A stretch of 62,922 nt of DNA, the filler included, from Octopus bimaculoides (Eukaryota): NCBI RefSeq assembly GCF_001194135.2. It is 3 parts of 3 records of this genome, joined end to end, with 100 filler letters (N's around TTAATTAATTAA, not from the genome) between each part and the next. Parts side by side here need not be neighbours in the genome. Positions count along the whole stretch, not along the records: positions 28,711 to 49,497 come from NC_068987.1; positions 49,598 to 62,922 come from NC_068989.1; 1 more part is not named here. One strand, 5' to 3'. The stretch's first letter is position 1. Every line of letters begins with the position of its first letter. Below, in pieces: positions 41,723 through 57,694 of the stretch. The notes below the pieces were generated by a model, which saw only the letters and a list, made by a program, of their open reading frames with translations, was not told the DNA's origin and did not search any database. A program made the translations under genes and the position numbers.

Positions 41723-42409
41723 CTTTTAACGACAAAACAAGAACGAAGGGAACAAGAAAGAAGGGAAATATGAAAAGGGATGTTTCAACACGTGTTTACG
41801 CTGCTGCACTCTAGATTTATAAGCAAATACAACTGTGTACATATGTTTAACATATTTAAAATATTTGATGTATCTAATTTGTTTATCCGCATAATTGCTT
41901 CTATAACCCCACGACTTGATCCCTCTTATAACCTTTCTTTTAACTTGTGGGATCGATCCCCTGTAAAAACATTGGAGTCTAAGTTTGAATATTTTGAGCA
42001 CTACTAGGTGTCCTCTGAATTCTGGATCCCATCTCTGAAATATATATATATATATATATGTGCGTGTGTGTGTAATGTGTGTGTGTCTACGTGTGCGTGT
42101 GTGCGCGTGTGTGCGTATGTGTGTGTAGTGTGTATGTGCGTGTTTGGTGCGTGTGTGTGTTTGTACAGTGTGTTCGGGCTAAATTAGACATTGATTTTTT
42201 TTATGTTACTTTTTTTTTTTTTTCAGGAACAGCTCGAAGTATTGACGAAAGGTTAACGGCAATGAGAGCATAAAGATTACTGGTGTAGTTGAGACATCTG
42301 AATGCTGGTAATGAGTCAACTCTATCACAATGTCACCATCATGGCTGCTGCTCAAAATCCTGTGAGCACTGTAAAGGCTGTGACACGTGACAACGTGACA
42401 AGGACGTCA

Positions 42410-42859
42410 TGAAAACCAAGTTATCCCTGACTCTGATTGTCTTTGGATGCTTTCAGTGAGAGTGACCTCATGCCCTCTCACATCTTTGGCTCAATTTACA
42501 CGGTTGTGTGAAGTTGCTGGGGACTGTGGTCAAATCTTGGCTGGGTAAGGTTGCTGCTGGAAGGCTATATGTGTGGAAGCAGGATTAGGCTCCTTACCAC
42601 ACCGCCATAAATATTCAGAAAAGACTGTCGGAGAATTCTTAGGACCCCACTAGTCCCAATTTCGGGCCTCCTAATGCCCCCGATTGTAATCTCATGGACT
42701 ACTATGTGTGGAACGCGGTTGAGAAAGCCCCCCCCCCAACTGCTCTGCGTGTAGCACCAAAGCCGCGCTGGTAGCCAAGCCCAAATAGTCGTTCGAAGGT
42801 CTTCCTAGGGACAGTGTGAGGAACGTATGGCTAGATTCCAAAGCCATCATCAAGCTGAA
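42410..42859 (+). mobile_element. maT-family (DD37D) Tc1/mariner transposase pseudogene fragment
   Basis: Reads VKLLGTVVKSWLGKVAAGRLYVWKQD*APYHT...PPNAPDCNLMDYYVWNAVEK. The Asp codons at 42583 and 42697 are separated by 37 residues. Contains stops and frameshifts and runs into a gap. Confidence 0.85.
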
Positions 42860-43088
42860 NNNNNNNNNNNNNNNNNNNNNNNNNNNNNNNNNNNNNNNNN
42901 NNNNNNNNNNNNNNNNNNNNNNNNNNNNNNNNNNNNNNNNNNNNNNNNNNNNNNNNNNNNNNNNNNNNNNNNNNNNNNNNNNNNNNNNNNNNNNNNNNNN
43001 NNNNNNNNNNNNNNNNNNNNNNNNNNNNNNNNNNNNNNNNNNNNNNNNNNNNNNNNNNNNNNNNNNNNNNNNNNNNNNNNNNNNNNNN

Positions 43089-43316
43089 NGAGCTGGCAGA
43101 AACGTTAGCACACCGGCCGAAATGTTTAGCGGTATTTCGTCTGCCGCTACATTCTGAGTTCAAATTCCGCCGAGGTCGACTTTGTCTTTCATCCTTTCGG
43201 GGTCGATGAAATAAGTACCATTTACGCACTGGGGTCGATATAATCGACTTAATCTGTTTGTCTGTCCTTATTTGTACCCTCTGTGTGTAGCCCCTTGTGG
43301 GCAGTAAAGAAATAAG
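43089..43316 (+). mobile_element. SINE family A, near-consensus copy
   Basis: Complete head, core and tail, with CpGs intact. Confidence 0.9.
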
Positions 43317-45492
43317 AAGTATAACCAATCTAATACCGATAAATTTTAACAGAAAAATATTTTGTGGGCCCTGGAGTCATATGGATCATTTGGGAACCAC
43401 TCATCAAGTTGACGTTTTGATCTTTTAAAAATATGTTTATTTTCGTATGGGATATTGTATTTTCTTTTCCTTTTATACAAATTGTGAAACCTACCCTGGA
43501 CAAACTGTTTGTATATATATATAAATATCTGTGCATGTGTCTTTGTGTTTGAGTTTTGACAACCAGTGTTGGTCTGCTTACGTCCCTGTTATCTAACGGT
43601 TCGGCATATAATACTGATAGAATAATTACTAGGCTTTAAAAAGAAACGGGGTTGATACATTTTCTCTTAACTAAAACCCTCGAAGTTGTTACCCCAGCAT
43701 GGCGCACTCTCAGGATTAAAACAAGTAAAAAGTAAAAGACTACACACGCGCATGCGCACATATACACACGAACACACATACATCTGCACACGCATATATA
43801 TATGTACACACACACACATGCACACACACACACACACATGAACACACACGCATACTGTTGCTCGTAACGTAGATAATTCGTTAAACCAAACAATTAATAT
43901 GAGCCTTTGGCTTTGCATTGCTATTTAAAAGTGATTAGGTTTACCTCTATCTAGTTTATATTTTTCCTGTATGCCGTATCACACTATCCCCCTCAGCTTT
44001 TAGATAACAGTAAACGGATCCTAATGAAGGCTTCACGAAATACGAACCTGGAAATGAAAGTCGATCTGAGCTTCCATTCTGACTACTGAGATTCCTGTGG
44101 TGTAAAAAAAGGTTGTTTTTACAGCATGATTAAATATAAAGCATATTTTTGTAACTATGTTAACAAATTGCATGTACCTCGTAAAGGCTTCTTTGCCAGT
44201 TTTAATGTATCCTTCACTCAGCCAATCCTTAATCAAAATGCGATCGTAATTAATTCTCTCTCTCTCGCTCGCTCGCTCTCCACACACAAGCACACGCACA
44301 GACATACACACATACACATTTACATAGCTCGTTTGCTCTGGTCTGAGTCACAGACATTGAGTAGAATCAGCGCACGGTCGATTCATAGGTGACGTATCCA
44401 ACACCACCACCACACCCTGCTTATTGAAGAGGGTGACTTTTAGACGACCTACAGGAGGACAAACAAAAGCTGTCATAGGCCGAGTGAATTCAGAAATGTC
44501 AACTGTCATACAATACACACAAATATAAATACACGCATACATGCATAGACGCATACAACCATTGACACATATACATGGGCATGTACACAATGACCTATCC
44601 ACAAACAAATATTCATTAGTCAACTCAAACATCATACACGCATGAACTAACACACTCACACACTTTATGAACTCTGCGATCTCATTTGTTTCACACCCTT
44701 GTAAATAAGATGGCAAACGTTTCAGATTGCTTCATTTGGTCATTTCTATTTGGAAACTCGACAGCACGTTTATAGCACAACATTATTCTATTTTATCGTC
44801 CACGAGAAGAGAAAATGCGAAGCTAACCTCCGTGCGCCAATAGCCAGAACAGATAAATAGCTTCAGAGCGCTGTAAATCAGAACGAAGAAAGCTAATTTT
44901 AGAGTGCTGAGAGCAGAGACAAATTCTACAAAGCATTCTGTCCTGCTCTTTAACAAAACTGACAACAATTCACTACTTGTCCAACAGGACTGATTTCCAG
45001 TTTAAAAAGAAGAACCAACCAAAACTGCAGAAAAACTTCTGGTCCCCAGTAGAAAACTCTTTACAATCTAATGAGGTATCGTTGTATCAGCCGTATCTCT
45101 ATTAAGGTGGTTGTGTGTAATAGTTATACAGATAAATGCACCATATTTTCAATCTTCTGTAAGTTCTCTCTCTCTCACTCACTCACTCACTCACTCACTC
45201 ACTCACTCACTCAATCACTCACTCACTCACTCACTCACTCAATCACTCACTCATTCTCACTCACTCACTCACTCACTCACTCACTCACTCACTCTCCTTC
45301 GCTCTCTCTCTCTTTATCTCTCTCTCTCTCTCTTTATCTCTCTCTCTCTTTATCTCTCTCTCTCTCTCTTTNNNNNNNNNNNNNNNNNNNNNNNNNNNNN
45401 NNNNNNNNNNNNNNNNNNNNNNNNNNNNNNNNNNNNNNNNNNNNNNNNNNNNNNNNNNNNNNNNNNNNNNNNNNNNNNNNNNNNNNNNNNNN

Positions 45493-45543
<51 letters not shown>

Positions 45544-46121
45544 GCATACACACATATACATGCCCAACACAAGTTAACCAACACAATCTCTAGTCATTCC
45601 AGTTCATCATGTTCACCTCGATCTTGTAAAAGTAGCAGCCACATCCCTATCACAACTCACCATTGTATCTGACACAAAAGAAGGCCATATTAGATCAGAG
45701 AGACTATATACTTAAAATGCTATCGGTTTTGATTTTGCTCTAACTTTTCCACACCCAGTGTTGAACTAGAAATAAACGTCACCGACAAAAAAATTAATAA
45801 ATAAATAAAAAATGCAAAAGGTGGCCCAACATGATCACAACCTTAGGGCTGAAACATATAAAAGAATAAAAGAAGGGCCTTGATTAATCTATTCATTTTT
45901 ACCATGCCCGCCAACACTTTTTTCTGCAAAAGAGGAGTAGCTTATCCTGTTCAGGCTGTATTATTAGCATTATCCTGCGTTTGAGAATTTAAAATCACTT
46001 CTTTAACTTAATAAAGATAAAATTCATTGTACAATCCTTGATGTAAAATATCACATGGGTAAGGAACTGTCCACTAAGCTTTAATTCTTAATTGTTACTC
46101 TATCGGGTATATGTATATATA

Positions 46122-46178
<57 letters not shown>

Positions 46179-46591
46179 GAGTTCAGCAAAAATTTGGAAT
46201 CAGGTGAATATGGTACTTAAATTTTGGCACCAGAATTTAGTTCGGTATTATCCATACAATTTCTAAGTAAGGTGATTAAAATCGAAATAAGCAACAAGGA
46301 TATCCAGAGGTAATACAGTACGATCGCTTCATGCAACTCCATTTAATTGAACAATGTAATCATTACATCAATTTAAAATGCAGAGCAATCTTCAGTTGCA
46401 CAAATACATAGAATTTAATTAAATTAGAAGAGATGGACACATTAGTATAATAATATCTAAAATCTCCCAGAGGTTGGGGAGACAGACAGAGAACATCTTG
46501 CTTTAGCCACACCATGGAAGCTATTAAATAAATTGTCAAAGATTCTGTCTGTCACTGATTTTATTATTTTTTTTTTAGCTTAGATTTATGG

Positions 46592-46826
46592 AATATCTAT
46601 TTCTTTATTGCACACAAGAGGCTAAACATAGAGCGGACAAACAAGGACAGACAAAGGGATTAAATAGATTACATTAACCCCACTGCGTAACTGGTACTTT
46701 ATTTATCGATCCCGAAAGGATGAAAGGCAAAGTCGACCTCGGCGGAATTTGAACTCTGAACGTTACAGCAGACGATATACCGCTAAGTATTTCGCCCGGC
46801 GTGCTAACGTTTCTGCCAGCACGCTG
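46592..46826 (-). mobile_element. SINE family A copy
   Basis: Reverse complement of the 43089 copy, with high identity. Confidence 0.9.
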
Positions 46827-46959
46827 CATTATGGAATATCATATCAAACCTTGTATATCTAAAGCTTTAAGAGAATACAGAGCATTATCTGTTAGAGGTA
46901 GGAGTGAGAGAGCAGACAGAAATCATAGTTGTCTTTTACTTGAAATCAGGCAATAACAA

Positions 46960-49497
<2,538 letters not shown>

Positions 49498-49597
49498 NNN
49501 NNNNNNNNNNNNNNNNNNNNNNNNNNNNNNNNNNNNNNNNNTTAATTAATTAANNNNNNNNNNNNNNNNNNNNNNNNNNNNNNNNNNNNNNNNNNNN
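49498..49597. other. Artificial scaffold join: 44 N + TTAATTAATTAA + 44 N
   Basis: Identical construction, with the linker at 49542-49553. Confidence 0.95.
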
Positions 49598-49680
49598 AAA
49601 AGCATGGCTGTGTAGTTAAAATGTTCACTTTGCAACCACTTCGTTATGAGTTCGGTCACATTGCGAGGCACTTTGGATGC

Positions 49681-49999
49681 AAAACGTAAAGCCGGATGAA
49701 ATGCAGCTAAGCATTTTGTTCGGTGTGATTACGATCCTGTCAGCGCGTTGCCTTCAGACCTTTATAATCTTTTCTACTCTAGGCTAGGCACAAGGCCCAA
49801 AATTTTGGGGGAGGGGTCTAGTCGATTAGATCGACCCCAGTACGCAACTGGTACTTAATCTATCGACTCCGAAAGGATGAAAGGCAAAGTCGACCGCGGC
49901 AGGATTTGAATGTAAAACGTAAAGCCGGATGAAATGCAACTAAACAGTTTGTCCGGTGCGGTTACGACCCTGTCAGCTCGTTGTCTTCAGACCTTTACA
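49681..49999 (-). mobile_element. SINE family A with locally duplicated head and flank
   Basis: AAAACGTAAAGCCGGATGAAATGCA...CAGACCTTTA occurs at both 49681 and 49914. Confidence 0.75.
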
Positions 50000-50718
50000 A
50001 TATTAAACTTAATGTCAGAAATCTTTCGTCTGATAAACATTATTTAGATAAAATAATAAAAATGCATTATTACCTCATATTACATATGGCTTCATTGCAC
50101 AACGATAATATATATATACATCAAGAGAGACATAATCATTGTCACGTCACCATATGCAAAAACCTTTCGTCAGGTCACCATATGCAAAAGATGAACAAAC
50201 ATACTGTATATAAAACAATGGCTGTCTACGGGCGACATTTTGTTCACACGGTTTCGCCAAAATGCTTTGTTATTCGATAACGTCCAGAGGAAAAAGATGT
50301 TTACGGTAATAGTGTGTAGATCAGCAAAACTAGGCAGTTGTTGTCAGCACATGGTAATTTGATATAGTGACTAATAGGCGTCTAGCCAGTGACAGGTTTC
50401 ACAGCAAGTTTTAGGGAAATTCCGCCACCTAGTACTGGTGAGGTTGATAGGTCTCCCACTTGTGCTTTTATAAATTACTACAAGCAGTCTTTTTCTTGTC
50501 ATCACAGTAACTGTAATTAAACAAAATTTAACGATGGTTTGAAACACCACCCAAAGCTATATTCATTTACCCGTTTCCTGCCCTGTGCATGACATGTAAT
50601 ACGCAGAGCATATTTCCCTGGCATCCTCGTATATGATACACGTCATTCTCAGTTTTTGCTGACCACCAGAATTATTTGGGGGCTTATGAAATGAAAGCTC
50701 TATAGTACTCAGAACATA

Positions 50719-50950
50719 TTAGGTTGTCCGGAAAGTTCTCAGCGTTTTAAAGCTAAATCTTTTAATGCCGCATTGAACACACCTGAAACATAACACAGTT
50801 AAAACTTTGGCGTTGATTGAAGTGGAATTGCATCTCTTCTTTGTTCCAGACGAAAAATAGATTTATCTTTCATTCCGCTTACCGTTTATTGACATTTGAA
50901 ATGGATAACCAAAAATTTCATATTCGCGTTGTAATGCTTTTCTTTTTTAA
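50719..50950 (+). mobile_element. Mariner 5' end, remainder in gap
   Basis: TA followed by TIR-like TTAGGTTGTCCGGAAAGTTCTCAGCG. ATG at 50901 reads MDNQKFHIRVVMLFFF, a mariner-type N-terminus, then an N gap. Confidence 0.7.
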
Positions 50951-52327
50951 NNNNNNNNNNNNNNNNNNNNNNNNNNNNNNNNNNNNNNNNNNNNNNNNNN
51001 NNNNNNNNNNNNNNNNNNNNNNNNNNNNNNNNNNNNNNNNNNNNNNNNNNNNNNNNNNNNNNNNNNNNNNNNNNNNNNNNNNNNNNNNNNNNNNNNNNNN
51101 NNNNNNNNNNNNNNNNNNNNNNNNNNNNNNNNNNNNNNNNNNNNNNNNNNNNNNNNNNNNNNNNNNNNNNNNNNNNNNNNNNNNNNNNNNNNNNNNNNNN
51201 NNNNNNNNNNNNNNNNNNNNNNNNNNNNNNNNNNNNNNNNNNNNNNNNNNNNNNNNNNNNNNNNNNNNNNNNNNNNNNNNNNNNNNNNNNNNNNNNNNNN
51301 NNNNNNNNNNNNNNNNNNNNNNNNNNNNNNNNNNNNNNNNNNNNNNNNNNNNNNNNNNNNNNNNNNNNNNNNNNNNNNNNNNNNNNNNNNNNNNNNNNNN
51401 NNNNNNNNNNNNNNNNNNNNNNNNNNNNNNNNNNNNNNNNNNNNNNNNNNNNNNNNNNNNNNNNNNNNNNNNNNNNNNNNNNNNNNNNNNNNNNNNNNNN
51501 NNNNNNNNNNNNNNNNNNNNNNNNNNNNNNNNNNNNNNNNNNNNNNNNNNNNNNNNNNNNNNNNNNNNNNNNNNNNNNNNNNNNNNNNNNNNNNNNNNNN
51601 NNNNNNNNNNNNNNNNNNNNNNNNNNNNNNNNNNNNNNNNNNNNNNNNNNNNNNNNNNNNNNNNNNNNNNNNNNNNNNNNCTCCTCTTCATCATCATCAT
51701 CTCCACTACTGTCTTCCATGTTTTTCTTTTTGTTGCGCTCTTTCAATGAAGTGTCTGTCACCTTATAATTTTGATTATATTTGAACGAAACAAAATGGTA
51801 AGAGAAAGGAATCGGAACAACCACTCATTCTCCCCCCCCCTCTCTCTTTACGATACCCATTCAACTTCATTCTTTGTTTTTAATCCAGCTTCCCTTTGCC
51901 ATCCCCTTTCAAATCGTAGAGGTCATTTCTGGGTCAGAGCTAATGTGTCCTTTGGCCTTGATCTTTGAGCATTCTTCAAGACCTACAGTTCACCGATTGT
52001 CTCTGTTAAGTCTTTTTAAATATACACAGGCAAACTGTATACAAATAAATTCAAAGGAAGATATAAACATTTTATACATTTATGCATAAACTCGTTTGTA
52101 TATATATATGTGTGTGTGTATATATTTACGTATACACATTGATATGAGTGCGTGAGCGCTCACATACATATAGAAGTATAGCAAATATATGTATGTATGT
52201 ATGTATGTATAGATGGATGGGTAGATGTATGTGTGTGTGGATGGATGGCTGTATAGATGGATGTATACATCCATGTATTCATGTCTTTGTGCTTGCACAC
52301 GTGTAATTTGTGTGTGTGTATTTATTA

Positions 52328-52382
<55 letters not shown>

Positions 52383-53103
52383 TGTATCTTTTTATCTTTT
52401 TACTTAGACTGCGGCCATGCTGGGGCACCGCCTTAAATTTTTAGTGGAATGAATTGACTCCAGTAATAAAAATTTTTGCTCAGCTTGGTACTTATTCTAT
52501 AGGTNNNNNNNNNNNNNNNNNNNNNNNNNNNNNNNNNNNNNNNNNNNNNNNNNNNNNNNNNNNNNNNNNNNNNNNNNNNNNNNNNNNNNNNNNNNNNNNN
52601 NNNNNNNNNNNNNNNNNNNNNNNNNNNNNNNNNNNNNNNNNNNNNNNNNNNNNNNNNNNNNNNNNNNNNNNNNNNNNNNNNNNNNNNNNNNNNNNNNNNN
52701 NNNNNNNNNNNNNNNNNNNNNNNNNNNNNNNNNNNNNNNNNNNNNNNNNNNNNNNNNNNNNNNNNNNNNNNNNNNNNNNNNNNNNNNNNNNNNNNNNNNN
52801 NNNNNNNNNNNNNNNNNNNNNNNNNNNNNNNNNNNNNNNNNNNNNNNNNNNNNNNNNNNNNNNNNNNNNNNNNNNNNNNNNNNNNNNNNNNNNNNNNNNN
52901 NNNNNNNNNNNNNNNNNNNNNNNNNNNNNNNNNNNNNNNNNNNNNNNNNNNNNNNNNNNNNNNNNNNNNNNNNNNNNNNNNNNNNNNNNNNNNNNNNNNN
53001 NNNNNNNNNNNNNNNNNNNNNNNNNNNNNNNNNNNNNNNNNNNNNNNNNNNNNNNNNNNNNNNNNNNNNNNNNNNNNNNNNNNNNNNNNNNNNNNNNNNN
53101 NNN

Positions 53104-53144
<41 letters not shown>

Positions 53145-53835
53145 GTATGTATATGTATGTATACGGCGAGCTTCTTTCAGTTTCCACCCACCAAATCCAC
53201 TAACAAAGGTTAGTGTCCGAGACTATAGTAGAAGACACTTGACCAAGGTGCCATGCAGTGAGACTGAACCCGGAACCTTGTGATTAAGAGGCAAGCTCAT
53301 ATAGGTTATGTTCAGTATGTATGTATGTATGTATGTATGTATGTATGTATGTATGTATGTATGTGTATCTCTAATTCTCATTCCCATCTCTTTTTCTCCC
53401 TCTTTCTTTCAAAGACAATGTTCACTATTCTCTACCAGTTTGTTGGTTTTTAATCGTGGTTTCTTCTCTTTCAGTAAAAATGTCTACTGCGGCCTTTTTA
53501 CTCGAAACAACCGACCGCGCCTTTTCCTTCTTTCACTTCACAATTTAGTGGAGGCGTCACTTTGGGCAAAGTACTTCCCCAAGGGAAAACAAAATCGGGA
53601 TTTAAGCTTAGGAATCTTGAAAGTTTACTTTCTTCTGTTCTGACCTTTCACTTACTTCGTCCCTTATCACCGCGACCACTCTCTCCTATCACCGCAACCA
53701 ACACCGCCGCCATCAGAACTAACGTGGGGGCTGCTACATAGCTTCTTGACCTTCTTAAATTAGCAACCAAATTCTCTCAGATATCGTTCTGCTGTCCTAT
53801 ATAAAGATATATACATTATATCGTGCAATCCTCGA

Positions 53836-53900
<65 letters not shown>

Positions 53901-53919
53901 GTCCATCCAGCTCCCCCCT

Positions 53920-53995
<76 letters not shown>

Positions 53996-54004
53996 GTCTG
54001 TCTA

Positions 54005-54221
54005 CGAGGGGGTGCTGAAAAGTTCTTGGCTGCGAGTAAAAAAAATACTGGAGGATCAGTTAATTATGATTTTGTTCAACATATTCTCTTCTCAGATTAA
54101 ACACTCTTATTGCAGCAGTCCTTAAGTTTTTCTAAACCCTGTAAAAGAACTCGGAAGTTTGGGTCTCCAACCAGGCCTTTCGCGACACCCTTAAAACCAG
54201 AAACATTCCAGCTCTCCCTCG
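54005..54221 (-). mobile_element. Mariner-derived MITE
   Basis: TA|CGAGGGGGTGCTGAAAAGTT ... AAACATTCCAGCTCTCCCTCG|TA. The minus strand carries a degraded transposase C-terminus similar to K.V.LRGEYVE. A related right end occurs at about 56141-56163. Confidence 0.7.
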
Positions 54222-54752
54222 TATGTCTGTCTACATTTGCGTATTCATATGTGCGTCATCAAAATATAAAAATAACTTACCTCATGGAGGTGGGTGGGAA
54301 CGACTGTTTCCAGTTCTCCTAACATGACATTTACTTTCCGACTTGTTTGTATTTTCCTCCTGAAACATAAGTCGGAGAAAATGACAAAAACCAAATACAA
54401 TATATATATATATANNNNNNNNNNNNNNNNNNNNNNNNNNNNNNNNNNNNNNNNNNNNNNNNNNNNNNNNNNNNNNNNNNNNNNNNNNNNNNNNNNNNNN
54501 NNNNNNNNNNNNNNNNNNNNNNNNNNNNNNNNNNNNNNNNNNNNNNNNNNNNNNNNNNNNNNNNNNNNNNNNNNNNNNNNNNNNNNNNNNNNNNNNNNNN
54601 NNNNNNNNNNNNNNNNNNNNNNNNNNNNNNNNNNNNNNNNNNNNNNNNNNNNNNNNNNNNNNNNNNNNNNNNNNNNNNNNNNNNNNTATATATATATGTA
54701 AATGTATTTTAAGCGTGTATTAAATTTTATCATTGGCTCATCTATTGAAATA

Positions 54753-55510
54753 CAAGGTCTGATCAATAAGTATCCGGATTGTGGCCATAGTAACGAAGCT
54801 AATGCATGCAGAGTGAAGCCGCTTGACAAAGATTGCCCTTGAACTATGTTGTGCATGCGCACTAAGTTTTAGCGTTCTGGCTCACTTCCGCTATTTACAG
54901 CAGTGCTTGGAAGGAATAGAGAAAGTTGCCAATGCGATACCTGCTCAGAGGGCTACGGAAAGTTGCAGAAAGTGTATGGAGAGGAGTGTATGAGCTGCAC
55001 ACATGTGTGCCAGTGGTTCAGACTGCGAAGGAAATCGTCAAATCACTATCCGTAAGTTATCAGAGGATGTGCAGATTAGTTACGGTTCAGTTTAGTCCAT
55101 TATCACTGACGATTTAGGTATGAGACGCGTGTCTGCCAAGTTTGTGCCAAAACTGCTTTTAGCTGGCCAAAAACACACTCGGGTTTCAGTTGCACAAGAT
55201 CTTCTTGATTGTGTCGAGAACGATGAAAATTGTTTGAAAACTTTGCATAGGCCTCTGAGCAGGTATCGCCAAGCTTTTGGCAAAATTTGATGCAGATTAT
55301 CTAATCAAATTTCTCTGTTATGGTTAATGCGACGATCACACGCTACACACCTTCCTTCCAAGCACTGCTGTAAACAGCGGAAGTGATCTAGAATGTTAAA
55401 ACTTAGTGTACAAGCACAGCAGAGTTCAAGGTCAATCTATGTCAAGCGGCTTTACACTGCGTGCTTTAGCTTCGTTACTATGGCAACAGTCCGGATACTT
55501 ATTGATCAGA
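54753..55510 (+). mobile_element. Internally deleted mariner with about 160-bp terminal inverted repeats
   Basis: TA followed by CAAGGTCTGATCAATAAGTATCCGGA. 54753-54916 is the imperfect reverse complement of 55352-55510. Internal remnants read YGKLQKVYGEECMS..WF and RQITIRKLSEDV..LGMRRVSAKFVPKLL. Confidence 0.85.
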
Positions 55511-56445
55511 TACTTATTGGATACGTATTGGTATTTGTTGATCTTGGAAGTTGCAACTGTAGCTTCCACGACCACGTAAATCAAGCTTCGCGTTACTTTT
55601 CTAAATTGATTATTCAGAATGGCACTTTTACTTTTGATAGCTGGAAAACGACAAAGCAGCTCACAAAAGTGCTTGTCATCGGCGAGTTATGTTGAAATGG
55701 ATAGGCTATTCAGAGAATGAAAAGCTCAAAACGTCAGAGTTACGTCATCTAAATATTATACACATTGTGGGTAGTTGCTGTGGCGCATTTTTGCGGTACA
55801 AGCAGAATCTTTTGACTGACCGCTGACCCGTAATATCGCAGATCATTCCGTGATAAGCGTAACATGGTTCACAGTTGAGCGTACCGTGTTATCTTGAATC
55901 AGTGATGAATGAATCGGTGACACGCGAGGCTTAACCCTTTTCCTCTAAGCAATTGATAACACCACGATACCAAATTTTGTCCATTTTTAAGAGAAGTCGC
56001 TACTAGTTACTTTTGAAGTCTTCTTTGAACAGTCAGATGTCAGGTTACCTGTAAAGAAACAATGCGGTCATGAATAAAGGTTGGAATTACTGCATACAAG
56101 ATTTCACTGCTCTAGCATCACTCCTTCATAGTCAACCTATGAACTTTTCAGCCCACCCATGTATAGACATACGAGAAAACGAAACCAGTTTCCTCAGAGA
56201 GAAAATGAAACAAAAAAAAAAAAAGAAAGAAAGAAAAAAGGAAGGACACATTGAGCGCAGTCTAAGATATACATAGAAACGGAATCTTCACAGGTGGAAT
56301 AACTTTGATTATAGGTCTGAGACGGCCACCGCTAGAAGTACTTTGGTTAAATATGTCTGCACCAGCGGGGTTGGCATAAGGCTACAAAAATACATGAAGA
56401 ACAGCAGCGACAACATCATGATCATCATCGTCTACAACAACAGCA

Positions 56446-56486
<41 letters not shown>

Positions 56487-57477
56487 AAAAACCTTATCGA
56501 ATATGAAAATCTGAGAAAATGAAGAAAAAAATAAAAACAGATGGTACTGCCGAAGATCAGATGAAGAAATATAACAAGAAATATATATATANNNNNNNNN
56601 NNNNNNNNNNNNNNNNNNNNNNNNNNNNNNNNNNNNNNNNNNNNNNNNNNNNNNNNNNNNNNNNNNNNNNNNNNNNNNNNNNNNNNNNNNNNNNNNNNNN
56701 NNNNNNNNNNNNNNNNNNNNNNNNNNNNNNNNNNNNNNNNNNNNNNNNNNNNNNNNNNNNNNNNNNNNNNNNNNNNNNNNNNNNNNNNNNNNNNNNNNNN
56801 NNNNNNNNNNNNNNNNNNNNNNNNNNNNNNNNNNNNNNNNNNNNNNNNNNNNNNNNNNNNNNNNNNNNNNNNNNNNNNNNNNNNNNNNNNNNNNNNNNNN
56901 NNNNNNNNNNNNNNNNNNNNNNNNNNNNNNNNNNNNNNNNNNNNNNNNNNNNNNNNNNNNNNNNNNNNNNNNNNNNNNNNNNNNNNNNNNNNNNNNNNNN
57001 NNNNNNNNNNNNNNNNNNNNNNNNNNNNNNNNNNNNNNNNNNNNNNNNNNNNNNNNNNNNNNNNNNNNNNNNNNNNNNNNNNNNNNNNNNNNNNNNNNNN
57101 NNNNNNNNNNNNNNNNNNNNNNNNNNNNNNNNNNNNNNNNNNNNNNNNNNNNNNNNNNNNNNNNNNNNNNNNNNNNNNNNNNNNNNNNNNNNNNNNNNNN
57201 NNNNNNNNNNNNNNNNNNNNNNNNNNNNNNNNNNNNNNNNNNNNNNNNNNNNNNNNNNNNNNNNNNNNNNNNNNNNNNNNNNNNNNNNNNNNNNNNNNNN
57301 NNNNNNNNNNNNNNNNNNNNNNNNNNNNNNNNNNNNNNNNNNNNNNNNNNNNNNNNNNNNNNNNNNNNNNNNNNNNNNNNNNNNNNNNNNNNNNNNNNNN
57401 NNNNNNNNNNNNNNNNNNNNNNNNNNNNNNNNNNNNNNNNNNNNNNNNNNNNNNNNNNNNNNNNNNNNNNNNNNNNN

Positions 57478-57514
<37 letters not shown>

Positions 57515-57637
57515 GTATGCATATATATATATATGTATATGTATGTATGTATGTATGTATATTCAGCCGAACTTGAATGTGTTGGTTAATATTAATCACA
57601 AAAGCTGTTTCTATCGTTAATAGCTGATACACGCACG

Positions 57638-57694
<57 letters not shown>

